Notes: generated from the sequence alone by a model not told the origin. DNA of 21,819 nt from an uncultured Polyangiaceae bacterium (GCA_964459035.1 CAYWLO010000047.1:10182-32000), one strand, 5' to 3'. Numbered from the stretch's first letter, positions 6,292 through 15,304 are shown. Program-made: numbers and translations.

Positions 6292-8817
6292 TCAATAAGA
6301 AAGGGATGCATCGAGACGCCTATACTCTCCCGTGGGCAGCAGTATTTGCCCCAAACGGTCAGCGATAAAGACCCTATCATGCTCGGCAATGCGGAAAGAC
6401 ACCGGCTGAAGACGGGCGGGCAGCCCCCCCGTGAGTTTTTTTATGGTTACCAGCTGAAAAGGCAAAGAAGCGCCCGGGACCAACTCGCCCCCGCGAGAAA
6501 CGAGTTTCGAAACCCCGGTGGTACTTGAGGGCATTGAACGCACCTTGCCTCTGGTAAGCGCCGCCAGGCGAGCACGACAGGAAGTGGCTACCTCAGCACG
6601 CATCTCGTAAATTGAACAACGTCTCAGAATTCGGAGAGATTCAATACTCTGATCCAAGAGTTGGGCCGCTGTTTGTCGAATGAATGGTTGGGGCTCTTGG
6701 AGGAGAAGCTCGGTCAATGACTGAGAGTCACACGCTTTGCCAAAACTATGAGCCAGGCGTAATGCCTGCCGCCGGAGCGCCACATGGGGAGAGCTGCAGA
6801 CTTCATTGGAGAGTAGGTCGTCGGGCAAGCTTGCCAACTTGCCGCGCTCTCTCAGGAGGCGAAGGGCCAAGAGTGCGCTTGCTTGAACAAAACGAGGGAC
6901 GGGGCGTGGACCCTTGCTCAAGCTGCGCGCGTAGCTTCCTATCAGCGATGCATCCGTAGAATCTCCTAAAGCTCCCAATGCATAGAGCGCCGATGCACTG
7001 GTGCGTGCGTCAAGGTCTTTGGTCAGAAGGCGAGCAAGTCGCGCGCCTTCTGGATGATAGATGGCTAATTGAGCTAGTTTTCTACGATCTTCACGGGCAC
7101 CCTCAGTTCCGATTCTTTTTAATAGGGAAAAGTCCCCATTGCGAGCCAGACCATTGAGAAGAAGGTCACGCTGTGGACCGCGAGTCGTCGAAAGAAGTTC
7201 ACCAAGAAGCAAGGTCGTTGAGCGAGTCAAATGGGCTGGGAAAGCAAAAAACACCTCGATAATTCTGTCGCGCCGACCAGAGGCACCTCTTGCCACGATA
7301 CTCACCAACACCTGTGCTTGCGCCACGCTCGATCCCCGACTGAGTGCGAGGAGTGCGCCCTCGACGGTGTCACGCTCCCCTTGGAGCAAGAGTTCTTCCA
7401 ACGAATTTCCAGCGAGTCCTTCTGAAACGAGTAAATAGGCGGCTGCCCCCTGTACCAGCGGCGAGGTCGAGTCCAAGAACTCTCGCCCCCATAAACTCTC
7501 GCGCTTCCCCGATACTCGCGCCATCACAAGCAATAGCCTCGAAGTGTCCTGGGGTGACCAGCGCTGCTTCTTTACAATATTTACCAGGGGCTCCCATGCG
7601 CCAGAAGGAACGTCCGTGAGAGACTCCAAATAACTAAGTGCCAGCTCACTACTTGAACTCAACGGGCGACCAAGAGCTTCGAGGGCCAAGACAACCACGC
7701 TCTTTTCTTTTCTATGATTGAATAGGGAAAAAAGGCGTTCCTCACCCAGGCGTCCCTGACGCCACGCCGTCAAGAGTGCCTCTACAGAGCCTTCGACTTG
7801 CAACAGGCCCCGCGCACATTGTTCAAGAGTCTCTCCAATTGAGTCCTGAACGCACATTTCGAGTATCGCCTGGGATTCTTGAGGGTACTCCAGCAGGACT
7901 CCGTCGAGGAGGTGCTTATTGTCACCCGCAAGTAATTGCTCCAGCAGTGCAGCCCACGCCACCGCCCCGCCTATTTGCGCTAGGGCGTTCGCTGCCGCCT
8001 CTTGGATCGCTTGGGTAGAACTCGCCGAAAACAGCGATTTCAGGGCAGGCAGGGCTTCATGATAGCCAAGGCTTCCCAAGCTTTGCGCCGCGGCAATCAC
8101 CACATTATCATTTTCGTCCGAGAGGGCCACCACAAGAGCAGGGGCAACGCGCCGCTCCCCTATCACGCCTAGAGCGAGGGCGACTTGTGAACGCACGCTC
8201 TCCTCGGGGTCTTGTAGGTAGGCGGCCAATGAGGAAGCCGACCGAGGCGCGGCGACACTCCCTAAGGCACGCACGACCGCGAGACGCACGGCAAGAGCAT
8301 CATCGTGTAGACCACGCACTAAAAAGGAACTAGCGCGCCCTTGCTCGGTACCCGCCGCACGCCCCAAACCCTGAGCCGCTATCCTTCTTAGATCAGGTGA
8401 AGAATCGGCGAGCGCCCGCCCAAGGGCCAAGAGGACCCGCCCCTTGGGCTCACGCCCCAAGACCTCTGCAGCTAAGAGTCTTTCATCGAGAACACCTGAA
8501 CCCAACCACTGCAGCAGGATGCTCTCTGCGCCCGGCAGACGCCGAGCAATTAGTAGGCTAGCAGCGCTCAACCGAACCTGAATATCTGAGTCCAGGAGTG
8601 CTTGCACAATGAGCGGGCGCGCCACAGAGAGAGGAGTCGTCGCCAATTGAACCACGACAGCACGACGAGAGTTCGTCCCGCCATTCTCCAAGATCTCGGC
8701 CATTGCACGGCCTCCCGAAGGCCACATGGAAGAGGCTTTACTAGGTCCCACATATGCCAAAACAACGCCTCCAAGAGCAAACAAGCAGAAAATTGTTTGA
8801 AAACGTTTTGTGTTCAT
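6292..8817 (-). CDS. Secreted HEAT/PBS-lyase-like repeat protein (about 841 aa)
   Basis: I chose the ATG at 8817 because it gives a classical signal peptide, MNTKRFQTIFCLFALGGVVLAYVGPSKASS. The track start at 8922 would overlap the upstream gene by 76 nt. The body has many repeats of the type D.d..VR..AA.ALG.lG (e.g. DSDIQVRLSAASLL, DSSPDLRRIAAQGLGRA, DDALAVRLAVVRALGSV, DPEESVRSQVALALGVIG, DENDNVVIAAAQSLGSLG). Confidence 0.7.
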   Translation of the reverse strand: MNTKRFQTIFCLFALGGVVLAYVGPSKASSMWPSGGRAMAEILENGGTNSRRAVVVQLATTPLSVARPLIVQALLDSDIQVRLSAASLLIARRLPGAESILLQWLGSGVLDERLLAAEVLGREPKGRVLLALGRALADSSPDLRRIAAQGLGRAAGTEQGRASSFLVRGLHDDALAVRLAVVRALGSVAAPRSASSLAAYLQDPEESVRSQVALALGVIGERRVAPALVVALSDENDNVVIAAAQSLGSLGYHEALPALKSLFSASSTQAIQEAAANALAQIGGAVAWAALLEQLLAGDNKHLLDGVLLEYPQESQAILEMCVQDSIGETLEQCARGLLQVEGSVEALLTAWRQGRLGEERLFSLFNHRKEKSVVVLALEALGRPLSSSSELALSYLESLTDVPSGAWEPLVNIVKKQRWSPQDTSRLLLVMARVSGKRESLWGREFLDSTSPLVQGAAAYLLVSEGLAGNSLEELLLQGERDTVEGALLALSRGSSVAQAQVLVSIVARGASGRRDRIIEVFFAFPAHLTRSTTLLLGELLSTTRGPQRDLLLNGLARNGDFSLLKRIGTEGAREDRRKLAQLAIYHPEGARLARLLTKDLDARTSASALYALGALGDSTDASLIGSYARSLSKGPRPVPRFVQASALLALRLLRERGKLASLPDDLLSNEVCSSPHVALRRQALRLAHSFGKACDSQSLTELLLQEPQPFIRQTAAQLLDQSIESLRILRRCSIYEMRAEVATSCRARLAALTRGKVRSMPSSTTGVSKLVSRGGELVPGASLPFQLVTIKKLTGGLPARLQPVSFRIAEHDRVFIADRLGQILLPTGEYRRLDASLSY

Positions 8818-8846
8818 AGTGTCACCTATCACTCTCCACTCATGTC

Positions 8847-11054
8847 CTAATGAGCACCTACCATACGGCGCACGACCCAATGTAAAGACATAAAAAATGC
8901 CGCCATGGTCGCCCAAGCCCACGGTGGCAATAGAGGACGGCTCTCCCTCTGGGCCAACACAAAAGCAGACGAGGGCGGGGCAAGTAAAGAAATGTCGTCG
9001 GCTGTCACGGCGGTCCCGCCAGTAGCCTCGGCAATCGCGGCCAATCGAGGGGAGTCCGGGCGACTATCGGCCCATGCCTGACCACCGAATTCACATGCAA
9101 AGACTGTCCTGGTAGGAGGGGCTGCCCCCACCTTTACCCGCGCGGCATATCCTCCAGGCTTCAGCCCACGAGCGATGAAGCGGTGCCCACCGTCTTTTCC
9201 AGCGGGAGCCATTGCAATATTACGCACATCACTCACCTTTGTTCCCAATCGTTCCAAAGTAAGAGAAATTTTAGCATCGTCCGAGAAATGTGAGTCAACT
9301 CGAAACAACAGATCGCGCCCTGCTATGCAATCGTTCTCCAAGCGAAGCTGAGCTGCTTCGTATCGCGGATCTCTCATCAACCACCCCAATAGACCTCCCC
9401 ATAAGTCAGCATGAGCTCGCCCTCCCGCTCTCGCCCCCGAGTCGCCAAATCTCAATTGATGGGTTCCGTCCACAGAAATTGCAATCGTGCGACCGTCACC
9501 CACCTCATGGAGTGCCAAAATGGGCATTTTACTACCGTCGGCAAGCGAAATGGACGGATGCTCCCATAAAACTAATGCGTTGTCCCGAGCCGCACCTAAA
9601 ATATTGGCCCCACTCATCGTCGGCAGCTCCTCGCCCATGGTAGCTCGCAGGGCATTGAGCATGGGCGCGGCCCGCCCGGCCTCGGTGTAGCGGGGCTCAA
9701 AGGCCTTTTGAGTAATTAATTCGCCACGACGGGGCAAGTCTACAGGCAGTACGTCGGCAACGAGAGATCCTCCATAGCCACCAGCAGAAAAGCCAGTGTG
9801 CCCTCCCACCAAAATGAGCCCCCCCCCTTTGAGAACGTAATTCTTCAAGGAGCGAAAGTGGCGATCTAGTTGATATTCGCGGGCATTGATATCTTGAAGG
9901 ATCACAGCATCAAAACTCTTAAGATGTTCACTAAAAAGTTCGTCAACAGGAAAAGGAATCAAGGCCATTTCATCAGGACGAGCCTCCACCTGATCACTTA
10001 AAGTACGCAGAATGAAAAATGATCTCAAGGCGATGCTCTCGTCTGACTTAAGAAACATTCTGAGGGCGCGAACATCGTAGGTTGGTCGTCCAGCCACATG
10101 TAGCATGCGCAATCTATCGCGCTCTACGTGCACGGGTAAAATACGTCTATCGTTCTGCGGAATATCGTCAGCTTCGTCTCCAAGGAGTTCCACTTCAATC
10201 ACACGCTCGCCCGCTCGTTCAAGAGTCACGTCCAGATCGAAGCGAGCAATCCCCTCTTGCCCATTTGTCTTACCGCGAACTAACTCGACAGGTTCTTGCC
10301 CCTCAATTAGTTCGCGCACAACAACTTCCACGTCGTTACATGTGCTGTGGGGAAAACAGCCAATTTCGAGAGCTAGGGAAAAGGCTTGATGAGCTATAGC
10401 ACTGCCAGTGAGCCCCACATTTCGAATGCTTCTATCGCGAGGATTCTTATTCGCGATAGAAATAGTGTGAACTTTGATACCTCTTGCAGCCTTTTTAACC
10501 TCTTCGCGCCAGGCTGCCCCGGTGCTTGGTCCAGGACGAGTCAGGCGACCATCACTCACAACGACGATCGCGCGAGGACGCTCCCCTTGAGCACCTGCAA
10601 CGTGCGCAAGCTGCGCGATGAGATCACTCTCCGGAAATTTTTGCACTTGAATGCGCGAGTTTTTCCAATGGGCCTCAAGAGCCTGTGCCGATCTTTCGGC
10701 AAGGGAACGACGGCTTTCACCGCCCACCTCCAGGGGAATTTCTAAACGATGTGAGTCGTCGAGTAAGATAATGCCGACTCCAGGCACAGCGTGCCCTTTT
10801 TGAATCAGCCTGCTTGGACGCATCACTGCAAAGGAGAGAAGTAGACTTCCCAGGGCTCCTGAAGCAAAAAGAAGTATCTTCCAATTTTTTTGCGCGCGCA
10901 CTTCGAAAGCGAGGAGAATCAATGTGCAAAAAAGAAGCCCCAAGACTCCTACTTGAGTCACAACAGAAAGGTCTCCACTGAGACGCAACGGGGCCCACCA
11001 TGACGTCACAAACGACGAAAGCACACTCGAATGAGCAGAAATAAGAGGTGTCAT
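8847..11054 (-). CDS. Large membrane protein: two N-terminal TM helices, degenerate VWA-like region, GATase1-like (PF07090/DUF1355-type) domain, C-terminal TM anchor
   Basis: ATG at 11054 (the track's TTG at 11057 is one codon upstream). TM segments VVTQVGVLGLLFCTLILLAF, ILLFASGALGSLLLSFAVM and the C-terminal WAWATMAAFFMSLHWVV. FDAVILQDINAREY...LKNYVLKGGGLILVGGHTGFSAGGYGGSLVADVLPVDL is the motif I associate with the putative glutamine-amidotransferase-like domain of Bat/DUF4159-neighbourhood proteins. ILLDDSHRLE and AIVVVSDGRLT look like a MIDAS-less VWA remnant. Confidence 0.6.
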   Translation of the reverse strand: MTPLISAHSSVLSSFVTSWWAPLRLSGDLSVVTQVGVLGLLFCTLILLAFEVRAQKNWKILLFASGALGSLLLSFAVMRPSRLIQKGHAVPGVGIILLDDSHRLEIPLEVGGESRRSLAERSAQALEAHWKNSRIQVQKFPESDLIAQLAHVAGAQGERPRAIVVVSDGRLTRPGPSTGAAWREEVKKAARGIKVHTISIANKNPRDRSIRNVGLTGSAIAHQAFSLALEIGCFPHSTCNDVEVVVRELIEGQEPVELVRGKTNGQEGIARFDLDVTLERAGERVIEVELLGDEADDIPQNDRRILPVHVERDRLRMLHVAGRPTYDVRALRMFLKSDESIALRSFFILRTLSDQVEARPDEMALIPFPVDELFSEHLKSFDAVILQDINAREYQLDRHFRSLKNYVLKGGGLILVGGHTGFSAGGYGGSLVADVLPVDLPRRGELITQKAFEPRYTEAGRAAPMLNALRATMGEELPTMSGANILGAARDNALVLWEHPSISLADGSKMPILALHEVGDGRTIAISVDGTHQLRFGDSGARAGGRAHADLWGGLLGWLMRDPRYEAAQLRLENDCIAGRDLLFRVDSHFSDDAKISLTLERLGTKVSDVRNIAMAPAGKDGGHRFIARGLKPGGYAARVKVGAAPPTRTVFACEFGGQAWADSRPDSPRLAAIAEATGGTAVTADDISLLAPPSSAFVLAQRESRPLLPPWAWATMAAFFMSLHWVVRRMVGAH

Positions 11055-11085
11055 CAATTGGCTAAACGTGTGGTAACATAAGTTC

Positions 11086-11886
11086 TCATCGCTTCTTGTG
11101 TCGCCTTCGCATTAGAAATGGAGCGTGTACTTGATCGTCCTTGTAGTCTGAGCAAAGTACATACATGGCGATATTGATGGAAAATCGGATGGCCTGCTCC
11201 CGTGCCTCCCCGCCCCCGCTCTCCATTGCATGAGCCCAGCTTTCGCCTTTTCGCGCAAGTGCTCCCATTAGATCATGGGAGAGAAAAATCACCTGAGCGG
11301 TCTTTCCCCTTACGATAGCTTCAATTTGCGCCGGCCCCTGAAGACGCCCCGCAGGCGCGTCCAGAATATAGTAGGTCTTAAAGAGAACATGCTCTTTAGG
11401 CAGACGAACAATACCTGCATCGGGTACCACCCGAGCAAGCTCTCTGCGTACACCAGCGCCAAACTTTCCAGAGTGAGGGTCCCTATCGTCGACCACCATC
11501 ATTCCGCCCATGCGCAGGTACTGCCGCAACTTCCGTATAGCCCGATTGTCGAGAGTCCCCGGATCGGTCTTTCCTGACCAAACACAAAAAGGTTCCCTCA
11601 GCAGAGCCGCACTAGAAGGTCGAATCGTCTGAGCAGAGAGACGGCCCGGAGCGCTCGTTCGACGCGTCAACTCCCAAGCCCAACGACGCGCGGCCGAGAC
11701 TTCCTCTGGAATAACTTGGGGGTTCATCGACAAAATCCGAGCGTGAAATGCTCCTTCTTCACCAAATGCCAACGCATTGGAAACAGAAGTCAACTGCCCC
11801 CCCGCTAGTGCCAGAGCGCCTCCTAGTAAAACACGACGTCCAGGATCAGTCGCCTCGCCCCTTAGCGAATATCGTCCACCAGCCAC
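11086..11886 (-). CDS. DUF4159 domain protein with a Tat-like/secretory N-terminus
   Basis: EPFCVWSGKT..L.NRAIRKLRQYLRMGGMMVVDD....F....RRELARVVPDAGIVRLPKEHVLFKTYY...VIFLSHDLMGALA.....AREQAIRFSINIAMYVL follows the DUF4159 pattern (PFLY.tG...f.ls..E...LR.YL..GGfL..DD...F..s.r.e....P...l..l...Hpif..fY...v.ys..Dl...W......A.r.GiN...YaLt). The N-terminus GRRVLLGGALALAGG is Tat-like. The start is GTG and overlaps the upstream gene by 25 nt, so the exact start is uncertain. Confidence 0.7.
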   Translation of the reverse strand: MAGGRYSLRGEATDPGRRVLLGGALALAGGQLTSVSNALAFGEEGAFHARILSMNPQVIPEEVSAARRWAWELTRRTSAPGRLSAQTIRPSSAALLREPFCVWSGKTDPGTLDNRAIRKLRQYLRMGGMMVVDDRDPHSGKFGAGVRRELARVVPDAGIVRLPKEHVLFKTYYILDAPAGRLQGPAQIEAIVRGKTAQVIFLSHDLMGALARKGESWAHAMESGGGEAREQAIRFSINIAMYVLCSDYKDDQVHAPFLMRRRHKKR

Positions 11887-12524
11887 AAGCCATCCTCCCT
11901 TTTTAATGTAAGCACCAAACCATTGGACATTTCCAGTACCGCTTTGTCACCACGAAGATTGACCACCGCCTGATCCGAATTCATCAGAGCGAGATCTAAC
12001 GAATTAAATATTTCGCTCAATGCCGCCTGACCATTTTTACTCAGGAGCGCTAGAATACGCGCTGCGTCCCTGGCCTGCACCGCTCGACGAAACAGGGCAA
12101 GCAAGTCGGATATCTCGTGGGAACGCGCCGGGAGAACCCCATCATTTTCTAAAAGAAAATTACCTTCTTCGAGGGTAAGTCCAACAATTTGTCCCTCTTG
12201 CAAAAAGATGAGTGCGCTTCCTTGAATGTGAATTTTTTCTTCGCGAATTGTACGTCCCCGTTCCTCCAGTTCGATGCGATCTTCAGTCAAAAATCGAACG
12301 AGATCCTTTTTGGAAACGTTTTGGCGAGCATGGCTGGACATCAACTGATGCAAAGTGTCTACATCGCTCCGCTCAAGAGCGTCAGCGTACGCCCGCGCGG
12401 CATCCCGCGGATCGGGCATTACTTCGGGAGCGCACGCGGCGCTCAGAAGAACACAAAAGAGAAGCCAGGGGGCGCCGGCAAAAAAGCTGCCCCCTCTTCT
12501 TGTCGCAACATGTGCTTCACTCAT
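11862..12524 (-). CDS. Hypothetical exported/lipoprotein, 220 aa
   Basis: Hydrophobic N-terminus with a lipobox-like LLSAAC. No domain recognised. Coding-like composition, same strand as the downstream DUF4159 gene and overlapping it. Confidence 0.5.
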   Translation of the reverse strand: MSEAHVATRRGGSFFAGAPWLLFCVLLSAACAPEVMPDPRDAARAYADALERSDVDTLHQLMSSHARQNVSKKDLVRFLTEDRIELEERGRTIREEKIHIQGSALIFLQEGQIVGLTLEEGNFLLENDGVLPARSHEISDLLALFRRAVQARDAARILALLSKNGQAALSEIFNSLDLALMNSDQAVVNLRGDKAVLEMSNGLVLTLKREDGLWLVDDIR

Positions 12525-12566
12525 GAAATATCGCCCCAGGTCGCCTCAATTGCCTGAACGCCCAGC

Positions 12567-12595
12567 ATATTGCTAGTTTGGCGCGGGCTTTACAA
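12567..12595 (-). promoter_or_regulatory. Possible sigma70-type promoter for the 12524 gene
   Basis: Read on the minus strand: TTGTAA (12595-12590), 17-nt spacer, CAATAT (12572-12567), about 40 nt upstream of the ATG at 12524. Pattern match only. Confidence 0.25.
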
Positions 12596-12649
12596 TACAA
12601 GAGGCGAATCAGCCCAGGAAATGGCTAAATCAGCCCTCCCGTGACTCAA

Positions 12650-13528
12650 TCATGTCTCAGAACGTAATACAGCAATGATCACGTCGGAGCCCAACTCCGG
12701 TACGAGGGCCAGGGCAATTCCAAATGTATGACGCTCCACTTGAAGGGGACCAGTCCACAGACCTCCCCGACTCCTGGCTTTTTCCAAAGGCTTGATCTTC
12801 AAAAGTTCAGCGCCGTTGATTTGAGGAGAGATCGGTGTCCCATAACTCTTGTCGCCCACAAGTACGTAAACGTAGATGAGCGGAACCTTATGACCTTCGG
12901 GAGTCGCCCCCAAAATCTCAGATCGCAGAGACATCTCTAAACGATACGCGTACGAAGACCAAGACCATCCCGCAACAAAGAGCCCCACGTCTTTCTTATC
13001 GAGTTGAATAGGAGCTGCCCCTACCCACTGTCCGTCAGGACGCCCGTTCACTCCACGGGCAATATCCCACGAGCCACCAAACTCGAAGTATGAACTTTTT
13101 CTGGCTTTTTTTGCCTCGGGATATACCTCAAATAGGTTCTTGCCCACCATGTCGTCTTCTTCAAGATTATTCCTGAGAATTGTGCCATCGCTCGCCGCAA
13201 CCAGCATAAATGTACTCTTTGCCGCATCGAGATCTTCATTCGAATCACGCACAGAAAGCAATGCTTCTCGAACATCCACAGCGGCAGGAATTTCAGGGGC
13301 GGCCTCTTTGAATACGGACGACAAGATCTTAGCCGCGGGCGGCAAGCCTTTGCGCACTTCAGAGACATCTCTCTTTGCTGATTTCACGAGGAACTCGGCG
13401 TGACCTTTGGCCTTCCTGGCGCTGATCTCACTCGAGTCTTCACACCCAAATGCGAGGAGAGAGAGGCTCATGAGCACCAGTAAATGCGTTCTACGAAAAA
13501 AACTCAAAGACATACTTGATGGTTTCAT
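12650..13528 (-). CDS. Hypothetical lipoprotein, 292 aa, possibly a Cache/PAS-like periplasmic ligand-binding fold with no output domain
   Basis: Signal peptide with lipobox-like LSLLAFGC. Its ATG overlaps the bcp stop (ATGA at 13525-13528). Segments such as FMLVAASDGTILRNNLEEDDMVGKNLFEVYPE resemble Cache-type motifs, but weakly. Confidence 0.55.
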   Translation of the reverse strand: MKPSSMSLSFFRRTHLLVLMSLSLLAFGCEDSSEISARKAKGHAEFLVKSAKRDVSEVRKGLPPAAKILSSVFKEAAPEIPAAVDVREALLSVRDSNEDLDAAKSTFMLVAASDGTILRNNLEEDDMVGKNLFEVYPEAKKARKSSYFEFGGSWDIARGVNGRPDGQWVGAAPIQLDKKDVGLFVAGWSWSSYAYRLEMSLRSEILGATPEGHKVPLIYVYVLVGDKSYGTPISPQINGAELLKIKPLEKARSRGGLWTGPLQVERHTFGIALALVPELGSDVIIAVLRSET

Positions 13529-14019
13529 GATTGATCAGCCTCCGCCAAGACAGCTTGCACATGTTCTTTAACACGTACCTTGCGCCACTCGGCCAATACT
13601 TTTCCGTTGGAGCCAACAAGAAATGTACTGCGAACAATTCCCCAATATTCGCGCCCGTAGTTCTTCTTGAGCACCCAAACGCCATATGCATTCGCCAATT
13701 CTTTCTCGGGATCGCTCAAGAGAGAAAAGGGCAATTCGTGTTTGTTGGCAAAGCCAACATGACTTTTTACTGAATCAGGACTCACACCTAATACAGTCAC
13801 CCCCGCCGCACGAAAGTTCTCCTCTTGGTCACGAAAATCACAAGATTCTGTAGTGCAGCCGGGAGTATTGTCCTTTGGATAAAAGAAAAGCACGTAGGCT
13901 TTCCCCTTGAGGCTCGTCGAAGAGATGCTCTTTCCCGATTGATCTTCTAGTTTAAATGGAGGGGCCTTTTTACCAACCAAGCTCAATTCGGTAGAGCCTT
14001 CGACTTCTTTCGCTGCCAT
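13525..14019 (-). CDS. bcp: Thiol peroxidase, Bcp/PrxQ-type peroxiredoxin
   Basis: GKKAPPFKLEDQSGKSISSTSLKGKAYVLFFYPKDNTPGCTTESCDFRD has the canonical PrxQ active site FYPKD.TPGCT.E.C, with peroxidatic and resolving Cys five residues apart. Downstream, GVSPDSVKSHVGFANKHELPFSLLSD is also typical. Confidence 0.9.
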   Translation of the reverse strand: MAAKEVEGSTELSLVGKKAPPFKLEDQSGKSISSTSLKGKAYVLFFYPKDNTPGCTTESCDFRDQEENFRAAGVTVLGVSPDSVKSHVGFANKHELPFSLLSDPEKELANAYGVWVLKKNYGREYWGIVRSTFLVGSNGKVLAEWRKVRVKEHVQAVLAEADQS

Positions 14020-14696
14020 CAGTTCATTCCCCCAGCGCCACCCATTGCCGATGGGTTGGGAGTCGTAAGGGCCGCTATCAACTCTTTACAGCCGAGCAGC
14101 CCCACACACTTGATCACATAGTCAGTGCCCGCGTTGAGCTGCGCGGCCTTGTCGGTGCCCTCAGCACCTGCGACCGAAGAAAATGTCTCGGCGTTGGCGC
14201 ACGAAACCGCTTCTGCGGCAGGAAGTACGCGAGAGGCCATGGCATTGATGCATTCCTCCAACGCAACGGCCTCTACGTCGCACGAACCCGTAAGTTGCGT
14301 ATTGAATGCGGAACAATCGATAGCTGCCGGGGTGGAGCGAATCGATGTCTTGGAGAGCACATCATTGGGAGACACGATACAATCGTTGAGCGAGTCGGTA
14401 CAAGCACTGGTTGTCGCGTGCTCGCCAGTAGCAACGACCTGACAACTCACCTTCTCGTCGGCGTCGGTTACAACCCGGGACAAATTTTCGCAAGCGACGC
14501 CAAGTTCTTGTTCGGACAATGAACTGAGTAGGCGAGACGAATCGAAGCCAAATGTGAGTTTCTGGACCTCAAAGGGACCGGCAGAGGTCCCGGGCCCCTC
14601 GTCAGCTCCCGATTTGGTCCCCTCCGACGCGCAATGGAGGGCGAAAAGAGCACACAAAACGAGAGGGATATTTCTATAACTTGAGAAGATTTTCAT
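14019..14696 (-). CDS. Cys-rich secreted protein of unknown function (about 225 aa)
   Basis: I prefer the ATG at 14696 (MKIFSSYRNIPLVLCALFALHCASEG, signal-peptide-like) over the track start at 14762. The mature part has about 10 Cys. Its stop overlaps the bcp start (TGATG at 14017-14021). Confidence 0.5.
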   Translation of the reverse strand: MKIFSSYRNIPLVLCALFALHCASEGTKSGADEGPGTSAGPFEVQKLTFGFDSSRLLSSLSEQELGVACENLSRVVTDADEKVSCQVVATGEHATTSACTDSLNDCIVSPNDVLSKTSIRSTPAAIDCSAFNTQLTGSCDVEAVALEECINAMASRVLPAAEAVSCANAETFSSVAGAEGTDKAAQLNAGTDYVIKCVGLLGCKELIAALTTPNPSAMGGAGGMN

Positions 14697-14808
14697 GACT
14701 TGTTCGATAAATTCAATGAGAGCGCGCGATATTGCCACGAAGTAGCCCAAAGCGCCTCCCATATTGTGCCGATCTCATACCAAGTTAAAAAAGTCATTGG
14801 GAGAGGGC

Positions 14809-14837
14809 TTGCCACGGGTCGATAGGCTCCTTAGATT
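14809..14837 (+). promoter_or_regulatory. Possible sigma70-type promoter giving a leaderless or near-leaderless mRNA for the 14846 ORF
   Basis: TTGCCA (14809-14814), 17-nt spacer, TAGATT (14832-14837). The ATG at 14846 is 8 nt after the -10 element and has no Shine-Dalgarno sequence. Confidence 0.3.
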
Positions 14838-14845
14838 CACTTCAA

Positions 14846-15304
14846 ATGCTCGACTTACCCGAAAATGGCCTCTACCGCACTACTACAGCAATGCCCGGAC
14901 ACGAGGAGGCTTTCCCCGCGAACGCCCTAGTCTACGTTGGCGAAAAGGCGGGACAAAAGTTTGTAGTACGTCCCGGCGAGAATCGACGAAATCGTTGGTT
15001 TTGGGGCGAGCCCACCACCGCCCTACGCAGCCCCACATGGTCTAGAACCCTTAAAAAGCTACCTAGTGAGGGAATTTACACCCTACCCAACGAAATCAAC
15101 TTCGACGGCGGCGGACGCTGGTTGAAAAATGCTGTAGTTCAACTTGGCTACAATGCCGAGGGACAAGGCATTCTCTTTGTTGCCGAAAGTCACGATACAA
15201 AGAACGACAATGGTCTGTTTTTTAGTGACAAAGGTATGATTATTAAGGACGAACTCCTCGATAGCATTCAATGGGCCCCCATTTTGCCCGTTAAAGAGAA
15301 CTAA
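14846..15304 (+). CDS. Hypothetical protein, 152 aa, no recognisable domain
   Basis: It is the only long ORF in this interval. It is followed by a convincing hairpin/T-tract terminator and is divergent from the Cys-rich/bcp operon. Confidence 0.45.
   Translation: MLDLPENGLYRTTTAMPGHEEAFPANALVYVGEKAGQKFVVRPGENRRNRWFWGEPTTALRSPTWSRTLKKLPSEGIYTLPNEINFDGGGRWLKNAVVQLGYNAEGQGILFVAESHDTKNDNGLFFSDKGMIIKDELLDSIQWAPILPVKEN

Noticed and set aside
8818-8922. N-terminal extension of the HEAT-repeat ORF that overlaps the upstream gene by 76 nt.
   Set aside because: The internal ATG at 8817 is immediately followed by a canonical signal peptide and removes the overlap. The extension (MGLGDHGGIFYVF...) has no features.
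9290-10745. Plus-strand ORFs of 94-119 aa (9290-9643, 10082-10399, 10105-10389, 10386-10745) and a 94-aa minus-strand ORF in another frame (10717-11001).
   Set aside because: All are nested within or antisense to the 735-aa membrane protein gene. Their products are Arg/Ser/Pro-rich, as expected from out-of-frame reading.
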